Below are positions 49,594-60,599 of a stretch of 64,000 nt of DNA, piece after piece. The position numbers and the translations under genes are program-made. The stretch covers positions 91,462-155,461 of the forward strand of contig JAZQBG010000003.1 in NCBI GenBank assembly GCA_045545595.1, read 5' to 3'. Source of the stretch: Bacilli bacterium (GTDB lineage: Bacteria > Bacillota_I > Bacilli_A > RF39 > UBA660). Below the pieces are notes generated by a model. The model did not search any database. It had not been told where the DNA came from and saw only the letters and a list, made by a program, of their open reading frames with translations. The first letter of the stretch is position 1. Each line of letters begins with the position of its first letter.

Positions 49594-51366
49594 TTAATTA
49601 TCTAAGTTTTTTAATAAGGCGTGAAGTTTTTTTGATACTTCTATTGGTAATATTTCACTTAATTCTTCAACGCTTAGTTCTTTCATTTTCTTCAACGAGC
49701 CATATTTTTTTAAGAGTTGTTTTTTTCTAATATTACCTATTCCTTCTACATTATCCAATATACTTTCTAGTGATCCTTTACTTCTTATTTGTCTATGGTA
49801 ATTAATTGTAAAGTTATGAACTTCATCTTGCATTCTAGTAAGCAAATGAAATACATTACTACTTCTGTCAATATTTATAATATTATAATTACTATCCATT
49901 AAATCACTAGTTCTATGTTTATTATTTTTAACTAATCCACATATTGGTATATTAAGATTTAATTCATTAATAACTTCTTTAGCGGCAGTTATTTGACTTT
50001 TACCACCATCAACTATTATTAAATCAGGCATATTTTTTCTTTCTTTTAATAGTCTAAAATATCTTCTATATATTACCTCTTTCATTGTATTGAAATCATC
50101 ATTTTTTTGTTCAGCAATACTAAATTTTCTATATTCATTTTTATTAGGTTTACCATTTTCAAAGACTACCATACCACTTACATTAAAACTACCAAATATG
50201 TTAGAATTATCAAATATTTCTATTCTATTTAATCCATCTATATTCAATATATTACCTAGTTCTTCATTAGCTATTATGGTTCTTTCTTCATCTTTTTCTA
50301 TTAATTGAAATTTCTTTTCTAAAGAAATCTTAGCATTCTCACTAGCCATATCTAATAACTTCTTCTTCTCACCTTTTTTAGGTACTAATACATTTATATC
50401 TAATACATTTTTTAATATTTCTATGTTATCTTCTAAAATGTTAGGAACCAAGATTTCTTTTGGTTTTAAATTATCTTTTACATAAAATCTAGATATAAAT
50501 TCTTCTAGTTCTTCTTCTACTTCACCTACTATTGGATGGATATGTGAATCTCTTTCTACAAGTTTACCACCACGTAAGAAGAACACTTGAAAAGATATAT
50601 AACCTTTATCAACATAATAACCAAATATATCCCTATCAATATTATCATGTAAATCAACTTTTTGTTTAACCAGAGTTATATTAATATAATCTATTAGTTC
50701 TTTTAATTCTTTAGCCTTCTCAAAGTTTAATACCTCACTTGCACTTTCCATATCTTCTTTTATTTTATTTATAACTTTATCATAATTACCATTTAAGAAA
50801 TATATTATTTCATTTACAATTTTATCAACAGTTTCTGTGGATATGTTTTTTTCACAATATCCCAAACATTCATGTATATGATAATATAAACAAACTTCTT
50901 TGGGCATTGTCGCACATTTTCTCAATGGATAAATTCTATTTAATAAATTAACAGTTTTACGTGCTGCATAAACATTTGGATATGGTCCATATATTCTTTT
51001 ATGTTTATGTTTTTTAAGATTTATATTTCTAACTACTAGTAATCTAGGATATTTTTCATTTGTAAGTTCTATATATGGGTATGTTTTATCATCTCTAAGT
51101 AATATATTATATTTGGGATCATATTTTTTGATTAAGTTTAATTCTAATACTAATGCTTCAGTTTCAGAGTTAGTAACTATGTATTCAAAGTCTACTATTT
51201 CACTAACTAACTTTTTAGTTTTACCCGTGTGTTCTCTATTGAAGTAACTTGATAATCTTCTTTTTAACTTCTTTGCTTTACCAACATATATTATTGTACC
51301 TTTTTTATCATGCATTAAATAACATCCTGGAAGTTCTGGTACTAAGTGTAATTTATCTTTAAGCAT
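49594..51366 (-). CDS. uvrC: excinuclease ABC subunit C
   Basis: 590 aa with N-terminal GIY-YIG ('GCYLMHDKKGTIIYVGKAKKLKRRLSSYF'), a UvrBC-interaction region and C-terminal RNase H-like plus HhH. Confidence 0.9.
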   Translation of the reverse strand: MLKDKLHLVPELPGCYLMHDKKGTIIYVGKAKKLKRRLSSYFNREHTGKTKKLVSEIVDFEYIVTNSETEALVLELNLIKKYDPKYNILLRDDKTYPYIELTNEKYPRLLVVRNINLKKHKHKRIYGPYPNVYAARKTVNLLNRIYPLRKCATMPKEVCLYYHIHECLGYCEKNISTETVDKIVNEIIYFLNGNYDKVINKIKEDMESASEVLNFEKAKELKELIDYINITLVKQKVDLHDNIDRDIFGYYVDKGYISFQVFFLRGGKLVERDSHIHPIVGEVEEELEEFISRFYVKDNLKPKEILVPNILEDNIEILKNVLDINVLVPKKGEKKKLLDMASENAKISLEKKFQLIEKDEERTIIANEELGNILNIDGLNRIEIFDNSNIFGSFNVSGMVVFENGKPNKNEYRKFSIAEQKNDDFNTMKEVIYRRYFRLLKERKNMPDLIIVDGGKSQITAAKEVINELNLNIPICGLVKNNKHRTSDLMDSNYNIINIDRSSNVFHLLTRMQDEVHNFTINYHRQIRSKGSLESILDNVEGIGNIRKKQLLKKYGSLKKMKELSVEELSEILPIEVSKKLHALLKNLDN

Positions 51367-51400
51367 TAAACATCACCCACTTGTTAAAAGTATAACACCT

Positions 51401-53302
51401 TTATCTTGTTTTTTCAAAATTTTCTTTATCAAAATTTCCATCGAAATATTTAAAATTCCAGTAATCAAGTCCATCATGTCTATATATGTCTGTCCTTTCT
51501 TTGTCTGGTTTATGATAATTTTTACCATTAACTAAAAATATTCCCACTCCTTCTTGTTTTGCTTTTTCAATATCCTGTTCTTTTATAGTATTGATACAAT
51601 ATAGTGCCATTTTTTGTAATCTAGGAATTGATTTATCCATATCTGTTGTCTTATTACCCCTTTCCAATATAAGTATTTCGTTATATTTGTGCCCTGTTTG
51701 TTGCATTAATTCATCAGGCATCATTAAGGTATATACTCTATTTGTGGCATTTTTAGATAATGAATAAGGTTTATATAGTGTAAAAGAATCGAATGGATAT
51801 GTATGAACTATTTGGTTTGGATTTAAAGAACCAGTATCATAAAGATAAGTATCAGAATCTTCTGCACTTCCAAAAACTGTCATACAATCATAGCCAATCA
51901 ATGAAAATGAATGTCCTGTAGGTAGCATATGACCACGTGAATTAGTGCCTGTTTTTACTAAAGCAAAAAAATTATTATCTTCAATTGTATAAACATCTAT
52001 TCCATATTCTTTAGATAATTTTTCATTTCTGTATTGTTTAATAGATTCAGAAGATAGTGAATATTCTTTTATCGCTTCATTTACAATTTTCCTTGATAAT
52101 GACATATCATCATAAAACATTTCCATTATATTAAAATTTTTAAGCAAATTATGTAATTCTATCTTTTCTTCCATTTCTAAATAATCTATATTAGATATTT
52201 TATTGTAAAGTTCTATTTTTTCTTCAGATAAATTAATATTGCCTGCAAAATAGAAGTTTAATAATTCTCTTAAATCAAGCATAATATTATGATAATTTTC
52301 TTCAAAGTGATAATCAATTATATAATTAGATATCATATTTGAACTTAATTTTTTAAAATATTTTTCAACACCTGCTAATCCCTCATTAGAAAAAATTTCT
52401 TTAATATCATTAATAATGTATGAATCAATTTTTTTACATAATTCAAAATATTGTTTTTGATTATAACTATACTCATCATCATTATTACTATTAATAATTT
52501 TAGAAAAATAATTGTATAATTCATAAAATGGACTAATCATATCATAAGATAAAGAATTTAAAATAATTTCTTCTTCTTTTTGTTTAACAAAGTTATTTAA
52601 CTTAGTAGTATCAGTTATATAAACAGCATCATTAATTAATGCTCTTAATTTAAAGATGTCATAATCTTTCCACATCTTATTACATAACTCATCAGTTATC
52701 ATTAATGGAGATATTTCAATTGCCTCTATTTGTTTATCAAACATATTCCGACTTTGTATTTCATGATAATATGCTACTTTACCATGGATAATTAACCCTT
52801 CAATATTAAGTTTATCGTTTGATAAATCAATATTATATTTTTCTAATATTTTGTTTATTACAGGAACATTTTGCTTATTTAAAATAGGATATAATAAACT
52901 ATTAGGATATTTCCAATCATCTAATAATTTTAATTGGTATTCAATAGGAAAATAACTAAATAAACTTATAAATGTTTTTTCATTGTTAATAACATCAATA
53001 GAATTTAAAATTAAATCATAAGTTTCTTTTGATAAACCACTCATACTTGCATAATAAGAACCAATATTTGAATTAAGGAAAATACTTAAAAATCTTTCAT
53101 TTTTAAATAATTCATTTGCATATTTTGAATATGTTAATATATAACAAATTATATCTTCTTTATATCTACAATTGTTTAATAGATTCATATATTCATTATT
53201 AAATAATTGTAAAATTTCACCAGTAGTATCATTTTGTAAAAAATCCATAAATTTTCCCTTATTGAAATCCTCAAATAATTCTTCTTTATTCATTGTTATC
53301 AC
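51401..53302 (-). CDS. large hypothetical protein (633 aa), no recognisable domain
   Basis: Intact ORF, Asn/Lys/Tyr-rich, no TM. Confidence 0.45.
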   Translation of the reverse strand: MITMNKEELFEDFNKGKFMDFLQNDTTGEILQLFNNEYMNLLNNCRYKEDIICYILTYSKYANELFKNERFLSIFLNSNIGSYYASMSGLSKETYDLILNSIDVINNEKTFISLFSYFPIEYQLKLLDDWKYPNSLLYPILNKQNVPVINKILEKYNIDLSNDKLNIEGLIIHGKVAYYHEIQSRNMFDKQIEAIEISPLMITDELCNKMWKDYDIFKLRALINDAVYITDTTKLNNFVKQKEEEIILNSLSYDMISPFYELYNYFSKIINSNNDDEYSYNQKQYFELCKKIDSYIINDIKEIFSNEGLAGVEKYFKKLSSNMISNYIIDYHFEENYHNIMLDLRELLNFYFAGNINLSEEKIELYNKISNIDYLEMEEKIELHNLLKNFNIMEMFYDDMSLSRKIVNEAIKEYSLSSESIKQYRNEKLSKEYGIDVYTIEDNNFFALVKTGTNSRGHMLPTGHSFSLIGYDCMTVFGSAEDSDTYLYDTGSLNPNQIVHTYPFDSFTLYKPYSLSKNATNRVYTLMMPDELMQQTGHKYNEILILERGNKTTDMDKSIPRLQKMALYCINTIKEQDIEKAKQEGVGIFLVNGKNYHKPDKERTDIYRHDGLDYWNFKYFDGNFDKENFEKTR

Positions 53303-53373
53303 CTACTATAATCTTATCATAACAATTATATTATTTCAAATTAATCATTAGAAAATATAATAAACATAATACC

Positions 53374-54243
53374 TTATAAATTTAATATTTTTATTAATAT
53401 TTCTAAATATTTATCATCACTAAATTCATTAATTGCAAAACATCTCTTACCTAAGTCTTTAAATGATGCTCCACATGAATATAATTTATTTCTATCTAAT
53501 ATTATAAATCTATCATGAAATGAATTGTTGTTTATAAAAGTTACATTATTATATTGTTTCTCATACTTTTTCTTTAATGTTTCATCTATATTTTTAGACA
53601 CTATTATTACTTTTTTGTCTAATTTCTTTAATATATCCAAAAGCTCTTTACCAGCATAATTATCTATTATAATTATTTCTTCTTTAACACTATTAAAAAT
53701 ATCTAAAAGTAGTGAATACGCATCGTATAACTCTCTTTCGAAAAATATTTTATTTATTTGCTCTTTTTCTTTAAATTTATCAAATGTTTCTTCTAACTTT
53801 AATAATCTATTTTCATGATTAAGCAATATTTCGTTGTTTGATATAGTATTTGCAAAATATTTTCTCATTTTAACAAATGCATCTATAATTTGAATATTTA
53901 CTTTTACAGCAATATCACTTTTAAGTAATCCTGATAGCATCATTATACCCTGCTCAGTTAAAACGTATGGTAAATATTTAACATTATAACCTCTTAGGTT
54001 ATTACTTTTGTTCAAGGTCACAAATTGTGACCTTGAAGATAACTTGTCTATTTCTTCATTAGTTAATTGAAAGCAAAATGTATCTGGAAATCTATTTATA
54101 TTTCTTTTGATAGTTTGATTTAAGACTTTTGTTTCAACTTGATAAAGCTTAGCTACATCTGATGATAACATTACTTGTACACCTCTTATTTCATAAATCA
54201 TATCTTCAATTAATATTTGATCTTTTTCTGTTATTTCATTCAT
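53374..54243 (-). CDS. ORF6N (KilA-N-like) DNA-binding domain protein with C-terminal domain of unknown function, copy A
   Basis: N-terminal 'IRGVQVMLSSDVAKLYQVETKVLNQTIKRNINRFPDTFCFQLT...YLPYVLTEQGIMMLSGLL' matches the ORF6N/antirepressor N-domain. Confidence 0.6.
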   Translation of the reverse strand: MNEITEKDQILIEDMIYEIRGVQVMLSSDVAKLYQVETKVLNQTIKRNINRFPDTFCFQLTNEEIDKLSSRSQFVTLNKSNNLRGYNVKYLPYVLTEQGIMMLSGLLKSDIAVKVNIQIIDAFVKMRKYFANTISNNEILLNHENRLLKLEETFDKFKEKEQINKIFFERELYDAYSLLLDIFNSVKEEIIIIDNYAGKELLDILKKLDKKVIIVSKNIDETLKKKYEKQYNNVTFINNNSFHDRFIILDRNKLYSCGASFKDLGKRCFAINEFSDDKYLEILIKILNL

Positions 54244-54440
54244 TATATTTCCTCCTTCTAAAACAATAAAAAAGAAGACACTTATTCTATAAATAAGTAT
54301 CTCCGCATCATATATATTTCTATTTTGCCTCTAGAAATATACCCTATCGATTAAATTGTCATATAAATATCAGGCAAACTATTTAATATATATTAATTAT
54401 ACATAAATCATATGTTTGTTACAATGTTTTTTTATAAGTA
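54244..54440 (-). repeat. duplicated upstream/promoter segment, copy A (about 90% identical to 56281-56478)
   Basis: Shared sequence '...gacacttat.ctataaataagtatctccgcatcatatatatttctattttgcctctagaaatata.cctatcgattaaattgtcatataaatatcaggcaaactatttaata...'. Confidence 0.8.
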
Positions 54441-54449
54441 ATGTATATT

Positions 54450-55370
54450 TTATCCCATTACCTGGCCACCATTATTATGTATTACTTGACCTGTTACATA
54501 ACTAGAATCATCACTAGCTAAAAATACAAATGTAGGAGCTAATTCATATGGCATAGCACCTCTTGCCATAGCTGCATCACTACCTAGAGATGGTATTTTC
54601 TCTTTTACCCAACAAGCAGGTTGAAGTGGTGTCCAAAAGAAACCAGGCGCAATGGCATTTACTCTTATATTTTTTAAAGCAAGATTTCTAGCAAGAGACC
54701 TAGTAAACCCTACTATCGCACCTTTTGTTGTAACATAATCAATTAATTGTGGTTCTCCATAAAAAGTTGTTACTGATGATAAATTTATTATTGAAGCTCC
54801 ACTTTTTAAATGTGGTAAAACTTCTCTAGTTAAATAAAACATACCATATACATTTACTTTCATAGTTCTATCAAATTGTTCGTCTGATATACATTCTAAA
54901 GTATCTTGTTGATATTGTACTCCCGCATTATTAACAAGTATATCTATTTTACCAAATCTTTGAAGTGTAAAATCTACGATATGTTTACAGAAGTTTCTAT
55001 CACTAATATCTCCTGATAATAATTCACATTCTCCGCCAAGCATTTCAATATATTCTTTTGTTTCCTTTGCATCTATATGTTCATCATAATAAGGAATTAC
55101 TACTTTTGCCCCTTCTTTTACAAAAGCAACAGCTGCTGCCCTACCAAGACCACTATCTGCTCCTGTTATAATTGCAACTTTATCCTTTAATTTATCACTG
55201 CCTATATAATTAGGATTATCAAATATAGGTCTTGGAGTCATTAAATACTCCATTCCTGGTTGTTTCCTTTGTTCCTGCTCTGGGGCAAGTATCTCATATT
55301 TTAAACTCTTTATACCAGTATTACCATAATAGTTATAACACTGATTCCCAAAACTATAATCACAATTCAT
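54450..55370 (-). CDS. short-chain dehydrogenase/reductase (YdaD/general-stress-protein-39-like)
   Basis: 306 aa with 'ITGADSGLGRA' Rossmann motif, 'NNAG' and a YxxxK motif. Confidence 0.8.
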   Translation of the reverse strand: MNCDYSFGNQCYNYYGNTGIKSLKYEILAPEQEQRKQPGMEYLMTPRPIFDNPNYIGSDKLKDKVAIITGADSGLGRAAAVAFVKEGAKVVIPYYDEHIDAKETKEYIEMLGGECELLSGDISDRNFCKHIVDFTLQRFGKIDILVNNAGVQYQQDTLECISDEQFDRTMKVNVYGMFYLTREVLPHLKSGASIINLSSVTTFYGEPQLIDYVTTKGAIVGFTRSLARNLALKNIRVNAIAPGFFWTPLQPACWVKEKIPSLGSDAAMARGAMPYELAPTFVFLASDDSSYVTGQVIHNNGGQVMG

Positions 55371-55425
55371 AAAATCACCTATATTTAGTTTATGTAATTT
55401 GTAAATATGTGTGTTATTGTTTTAT

Positions 55426-56274
55426 TTATATATTTAGTATTTTTAATAACATATTTAAATATTCTTTATCATTAAATTTATTGATTGCAATACACTTTTT
55501 ACCTAAGTCTTTAAATGATGCTCCACATGAATAAAATTTATTTCTATCTAAGATTATAAATCTATCATGAAATGAACTATTATTAATAAACTTAATATTT
55601 TCATACTGACTTTCATATTTTTTCTTTAATATTTCATCTATATTTTTAAATACTATTATTATTTTCTTATCAATTTTCTTTAATATATCCAAAAGTTCTT
55701 TACCAGCATAATTATCTATTATAATTATTTCTTCTTTAACACCATTAAAAATATCTATTAACAATGAATAAGAATCATAGAAATCTCCTTCAAAGAATAA
55801 ATAATCTTTAACTATGTCTTTAGGATTAAACTTATCAAACAATTCATTTATTCTCTTTGTATTATCATCTACTTTTTTCTCTAAAAACATGAATTTATGT
55901 GGTAAAAAAATCCTTGTTATAATTTATATAATGTCTCATTTTTATAAAAGTATCCATAATTGCAATTGAAACTTTTGTGGCAACTGTAGATTTTAATATT
56001 GTTGCAAGCATATATAAACCTTGTTCTGTAAAAACTGTATGTCCTTTTCTTGAACCCCCTTTTGAAGTCGAAAATTTCGACTTCAAAAAAATATATTCTT
56101 CTTCTGTAATTCTAAAACTAAATCTTTCTGGAAACTTATCAGGATTGTTCTTTACTGCTTCATTTACCCCTTTAATAATTTCGCTATATCAGAATCCAAC
56201 ATTACTTGTACTCCCCTTATTTCATAAATCATATCTTCAATTAATATTTGTTCTTTTTCTATTATTTCATTCAT
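55426..56274 (-). pseudogene. ORF6N-domain paralog, copy B, disrupted by two frameshifts at homopolymer runs
   Basis: Three fragments: 56164-56274 'MNEIIEKEQILIEDMIYEIRGVQVMLDSDIAKLLKG*'; 55895-56086; 55426-55890. Breaks fall at a G4 run and a T7 run. Once the frame is corrected it is collinear with copy A. Confidence 0.6.
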
Positions 56275-56280
56275 ATTAAA

Positions 56281-56478
56281 TCCTCCTTTTTAAAATAATA
56301 AAAAAAGAGACACTTATCCTAAAATAAGTATCTCCACATCATATATATTTCTATTTTGCCTCTAAAAATATATCCTATCGATTAAATTGTCATATAAATA
56401 TCAGGCAAACTATTTAATACATATTTATTATACATAAGGAATATGTTTATTACAATATTTTTTTCATAAGAAAAGACT
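56281..56478 (-). repeat. duplicated upstream/promoter segment, copy B
   Basis: About 90% identical to 54244-54440. Confidence 0.8.
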
Positions 56479-56602
56479 AGATTTCTCTAGCCTTTAAGTT
56501 TTATTAATTTTTTTTAACATAAGTATATGAGAGTGTTTAATTTATGAAGAAATTTAATAAAATATTAGTTACATGTCCAAAATATCTTTGTATTTTATAT
56601 TT

Positions 56603-57085
56603 TTACAATTTTTTGATATCTATTAATCCTCTAGTATGATACCCTTGTTTTCTATAAAAATTAATTGCTAATTCATTGTACGCAAATACATCAATAACAA
56701 CATATTCACAATTAATGCTTTTAAAATATTCTTCCATTTTTTGCATTAACTGTTGCCCAATTCCATTACTTCTAACATTTTTTGAGATTATTAATTCTGT
56801 TATTTCTCCTCGTTTCGGACATTTATAATCTAAATAATCATATTCATCATAAGTACCAACTATCCCCATAATTAATCCCACAGCTTTGTCATTTTCAACA
56901 GCTAGAAAACATTTTCCGTTATTTTCTTTTACTTCTTCCAAATCTAATACAGCCATTTTATCACGATACTCTGGATGTAATTGATCTAACTCATCCTTAT
57001 CTATAGTCAAAATATATTCTTCTAATTCAACAAGCAAGTCTTTTACATCTTCTAAATATTTTTCGTCATATTCAATTATTTTCAT
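56603..57085 (-). CDS. GNAT family N-acetyltransferase
   Basis: 160 aa with a 'QLMQKMEEYFKS...' acetyl-CoA binding region. Confidence 0.75.
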   Translation of the reverse strand: MKIIEYDEKYLEDVKDLLVELEEYILTIDKDELDQLHPEYRDKMAVLDLEEVKENNGKCFLAVENDKAVGLIMGIVGTYDEYDYLDYKCPKRGEITELIISKNVRSNGIGQQLMQKMEEYFKSINCEYVVIDVFAYNELAINFYRKQGYHTRGLIDIKKL

Positions 57086-57166
57086 TACATCACCTTATAT
57101 CAATTATACCATAAAAAAGACCAAGATTTTCAAAACCTCAGTCTAATTTTGTATTATTGATTTTCC

Positions 57167-58867
57167 TTAACAGCAGCTTGTGCCACAGTCAAACTCGGGT
57201 AGCAATTTACCATTTATAAATAAATTGCTACTAGATGAGTTACTGCGTCCTTTTATATCTACTTCTATTATATCATTAATATAATTTAATTTCCATACAA
57301 ATCCTTCATTTAAAACAGTTATTTTATCAACAAAAGATTCAACTATTTCATCTGAAACATTTGCATCATCCCAATTTAATATTTTCTTTATACAATTCTT
57401 TAATTTTTTTATTCTATCTAGCAAAGTTTCTTTTGGAATATTTCTTTTTTGTTCTAATTCTTCATTTTCTTTTTTTAATTTCGTAATAACATCCTCTATT
57501 TCGGTTTTCTTTTTAATATACTCTTCTTTTTTTATCATATCTCCGCTCAAATACATCTCTAATAGTTTTTCTGCTTTTCTATTATTACTTTCAATTTTGT
57601 TTAAATTACTTTTGATAATGTTATCAATTTCATTATTATGATCTTCTTCTTTTATATTTTCATCTATCATTTTATTTGCCATATCAATTATAGATTCTTT
57701 ATCTTCCCAAATCATATTAAACAATACATTAGCTGTTAAATTTAATTTCCATTCTTGAACAATCGGTGTATCGCATGCACCATCTATTTCAAGTCCTCGC
57801 TTTTGTCTTGCTCTAGCTGTTCCCATATTTTTTTGTTTATAACACTGATAACAAAAAGTTGTCTCATCATTCTTTTTGTGATAAATTCTTTTATTATATG
57901 TGGATCCACAATTACAAATAAGTTTTTTACTCCAAACACTCTTTGGATTTCCATATCCTGCTTTTTTCTTTTCTGGGATATGAGCAGAACGAACTTTAAA
58001 CAATTCTTGAACCCTTTGAAAATCTTCTTTAGATATAAGAGGTTGATGTCTTCCTTCTACAATTACTTGCTCTACATCGCCTTTGTTAATAATTGCCTTT
58101 TGTTCTAAAAAATCAGGTACAAAACTTTTTCTATATACAATAGTTCCGCAATAGAACGGATTTTTTAATATTCTAGTTATATATGACGCACTCCAATTTT
58201 TTAATCCAGTTGATGTTAAACAGCCTCTTTTTTCTAGTTCATATTTTATTGCTGTTGAACCCATACCATCTAAAAAAGACGAAAAAATAAATCTTACTAT
58301 TTCTGCTTGTTCTTCATTTACGATCATATCCTTGCCAACTTTATCATAGCCTAACACATTACCTGTACCATAAAACACACCGTTTTCAAAAGAAATTTTT
58401 TGACCTGCTTTAACTCTTTGAGAAGTCTTTTTACTTTCATTTTGAGCTAGTGTAGCCATAATAGTTAATTTCAATTCACCATCTTCATCATTAAAAGTCC
58501 AAATATTATCTTCAGTAAAATACACTTCAACTCCAAGTTTTTTTAAATTTCTTGTTTCTTGAAGTGTATCTACTGTATTTCTTGCGAATCGAGAAACCTC
58601 ACGAGTGATAATTAAATCAAAACATCCATTTTTCGCATCTTCCATCATTCTTAAAAAATTTTTTCTTTTTTTGATAGATGTTCCAGTAATCCCTTCATCT
58701 ATATATCTATCATAAAGTTCCCAATCTGGATGTTTTGCTAATATATCATCATAATATTGGACTTGGTTTTCTAGTGCTGAAAGTTGTGCTTCATGTTCAG
58801 TTGATACCCTTGCATATATAGCAACAATTCTTCGCATTATTAACCCCTCCTTGTTTGTCAGTTTCAA
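57167..58867 (-). CDS. large serine recombinase (resolvase/invertase N-domain + recombinase + zinc ribbon)
   Basis: 566 aa. N-terminal 'VAIYARVSTEHEAQLSALENQ' catalytic-Ser region and a C-terminal Cys-rich/coiled-coil region. Confidence 0.85.
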   Translation of the reverse strand: MKLTNKEGLIMRRIVAIYARVSTEHEAQLSALENQVQYYDDILAKHPDWELYDRYIDEGITGTSIKKRKNFLRMMEDAKNGCFDLIITREVSRFARNTVDTLQETRNLKKLGVEVYFTEDNIWTFNDEDGELKLTIMATLAQNESKKTSQRVKAGQKISFENGVFYGTGNVLGYDKVGKDMIVNEEQAEIVRFIFSSFLDGMGSTAIKYELEKRGCLTSTGLKNWSASYITRILKNPFYCGTIVYRKSFVPDFLEQKAIINKGDVEQVIVEGRHQPLISKEDFQRVQELFKVRSAHIPEKKKAGYGNPKSVWSKKLICNCGSTYNKRIYHKKNDETTFCYQCYKQKNMGTARARQKRGLEIDGACDTPIVQEWKLNLTANVLFNMIWEDKESIIDMANKMIDENIKEEDHNNEIDNIIKSNLNKIESNNRKAEKLLEMYLSGDMIKKEEYIKKKTEIEDVITKLKKENEELEQKRNIPKETLLDRIKKLKNCIKKILNWDDANVSDEIVESFVDKITVLNEGFVWKLNYINDIIEVDIKGRSNSSSSNLFINGKLLPEFDCGTSCC

Positions 58868-58886
58868 CTGACATTAAGTTTATAGT

Positions 58887-59066
58887 AATTTTCCGTCAAT
58901 GTTAAAAGTACGATGTATATTTAAAACTAATGTGTCGAATTCCTTTTTGGTTATATAATTATTTCTATATAAAGTTTCAAACACAGAAATAATTAACTTA
59001 ACATTCATTATTTCTTTTTGTTTCGCTGTAAATTTAAATACGCCTTTTGTTTCATTCATCTAAATT
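58887..59066 (-). CDS. small protein (59 aa) immediately upstream of the serine recombinase; candidate recombination directionality factor or regulator
   Basis: Not in the track. 'MNETKGVFKFTAKQKEIMNVKLIISVFETLYRNNYITKKEFDTLVLNIHRTFNIDGKLL'. Confidence 0.3.
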
Positions 59067-59142
59067 TCCTTTCCTGTTATTTTTCGGTAAACCTAAAATC
59101 TATTTATAAAACAAAAAAATCGTATTTCTACGATCTGCATCT

Positions 59143-59886
59143 TTACAATTTTATTATTTTTGCATGAACATAATAACGATCATCTTTTGCGTGTCCTCTT
59201 TCATGAGAACATGAATATAAGGTTACTATCTTATCTTTAACATAATCAACTTCAACATCACTTTTAATTACACTATAACTTTTCATCAAATCAATATAAT
59301 CTTTATATACTTCATCTGTTATAAAATTCATCTGATAAGATTTAGATGATGCCTTATCTACATGAACACTAAATATTTCTAATTTATAATTTTGATTTGT
59401 TGTATAAATATATATTTCTTTATGGCTATTATAAAAATCTTGTTTCATATATTTTCCCAATTGTCCAAACATACTTCCATCAGAAGTATAATGTCCATAT
59501 ATAAAAGTGTTTTTTGATTCAAAATTACTATTTGCAGTAGCATCCATATAAATACTTCCTGCGTTACTATATTCCTTATAAAAAGAATGTTTTAAATAAT
59601 AAGTATTGTTAGTTCCTTGAACTATTGGATAATTAATATTTGTATCATTTATTTTAATCCATCCAACAAAATCTGGGTTTATATTAATTAACTCCTGAAA
59701 ATTTATTTCGTTATTTTTTTCTTCTATTTCTTCTACCTTTTCTGGTATTTCTGCTATTTCAATTAATTCATTTTGTTCTTCTTTTATTTTTCCTTGTTCT
59801 TTTTTTATCTCATAAGCCTTATAAAAGCAAAATACTGCCATTGCAACGAATAATAACACATATAATATTTTTAAAATTTTTTTCAT
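59143..59886 (-). CDS. sortase B-like cysteine transpeptidase
   Basis: Signal anchor, 'GSIYMDA', 'IYGHYTSDGSMFGQL' (His), 'TLYSCS' (TLxTC Cys) and 'RYYVHAKI' (Arg). Confidence 0.6.
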   Translation of the reverse strand: MKKILKILYVLLFVAMAVFCFYKAYEIKKEQGKIKEEQNELIEIAEIPEKVEEIEEKNNEINFQELININPDFVGWIKINDTNINYPIVQGTNNTYYLKHSFYKEYSNAGSIYMDATANSNFESKNTFIYGHYTSDGSMFGQLGKYMKQDFYNSHKEIYIYTTNQNYKLEIFSVHVDKASSKSYQMNFITDEVYKDYIDLMKSYSVIKSDVEVDYVKDKIVTLYSCSHERGHAKDDRYYVHAKIIKL

Positions 59887-59900
59887 TATTTTTCTCCTTT

Positions 59901-60599
59901 TTATTTTTCTATTTCTTCATTAACTAAATCTTTATTTTTAATAGCCTCTAAAACTTCTTTATATTTTTCTTCACTTATAATTGAACTATGATTTACTGAA
60001 TATATTTTATCAATATCAATAGTTTTTTCTATTAAATCTTTATAATTTGCATTAGTAACTTTTTTTGTTTCATCAATATAATCATTTATTGTTGTTCTTA
60101 TTTCTTTAAAATCTTTGTATTTTGTTATAAAATCATACCTATCATTTAATAATGCCAAAACATCTGGTATATAATTTAAAATACCATCAACATCTACCTC
60201 ATCATTTGTATTTTCAATATATTCCATTTTTAGTTTTAAATTAGTAAAATGATTTATTAAATGTTCTCTTAAACCATAAGCACATTTTAATAAATTTGCA
60301 ATATTCAAATTTGCAAAAGGATTTATAGATTCTAATTTTTGTTCTTCCAACATTTCATAAATTTCTTCTATTCTTTTAGCAATTATATCATCTATGTCAA
60401 TTTTACCTTTTATTAATTCTTCAATTTCATCTAAATCCAAAAAATACTCATTGTATAACTGATACACAGTTCTAATAACATTCGCTTGTTTTTCATCTAC
60501 TACATACTTATTTTTCTTATCATCATAACTATATCCAAATATATTAATACTATTGTTTTTTTCCATTATTTTTCCCTCTCTTTTTATATTATCTTTCAT
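59901..60599 (-). CDS. hypothetical protein on mobile element
   Basis: 232 aa, acidic. Confidence 0.4.
   Translation of the reverse strand: MKDNIKREGKIMEKNNSINIFGYSYDDKKNKYVVDEKQANVIRTVYQLYNEYFLDLDEIEELIKGKIDIDDIIAKRIEEIYEMLEEQKLESINPFANLNIANLLKCAYGLREHLINHFTNLKLKMEYIENTNDEVDVDGILNYIPDVLALLNDRYDFITKYKDFKEIRTTINDYIDETKKVTNANYKDLIEKTIDIDKIYSVNHSSIISEEKYKEVLEAIKNKDLVNEEIEK

Noticed and set aside
39754-56478. Prophage hypothesis based on Bro-N and ORF6N domain genes
   Set aside because: No capsid, terminase, integrase, portal or lysis genes accompany them. They look like stand-alone domesticated domains or remnants rather than a prophage.
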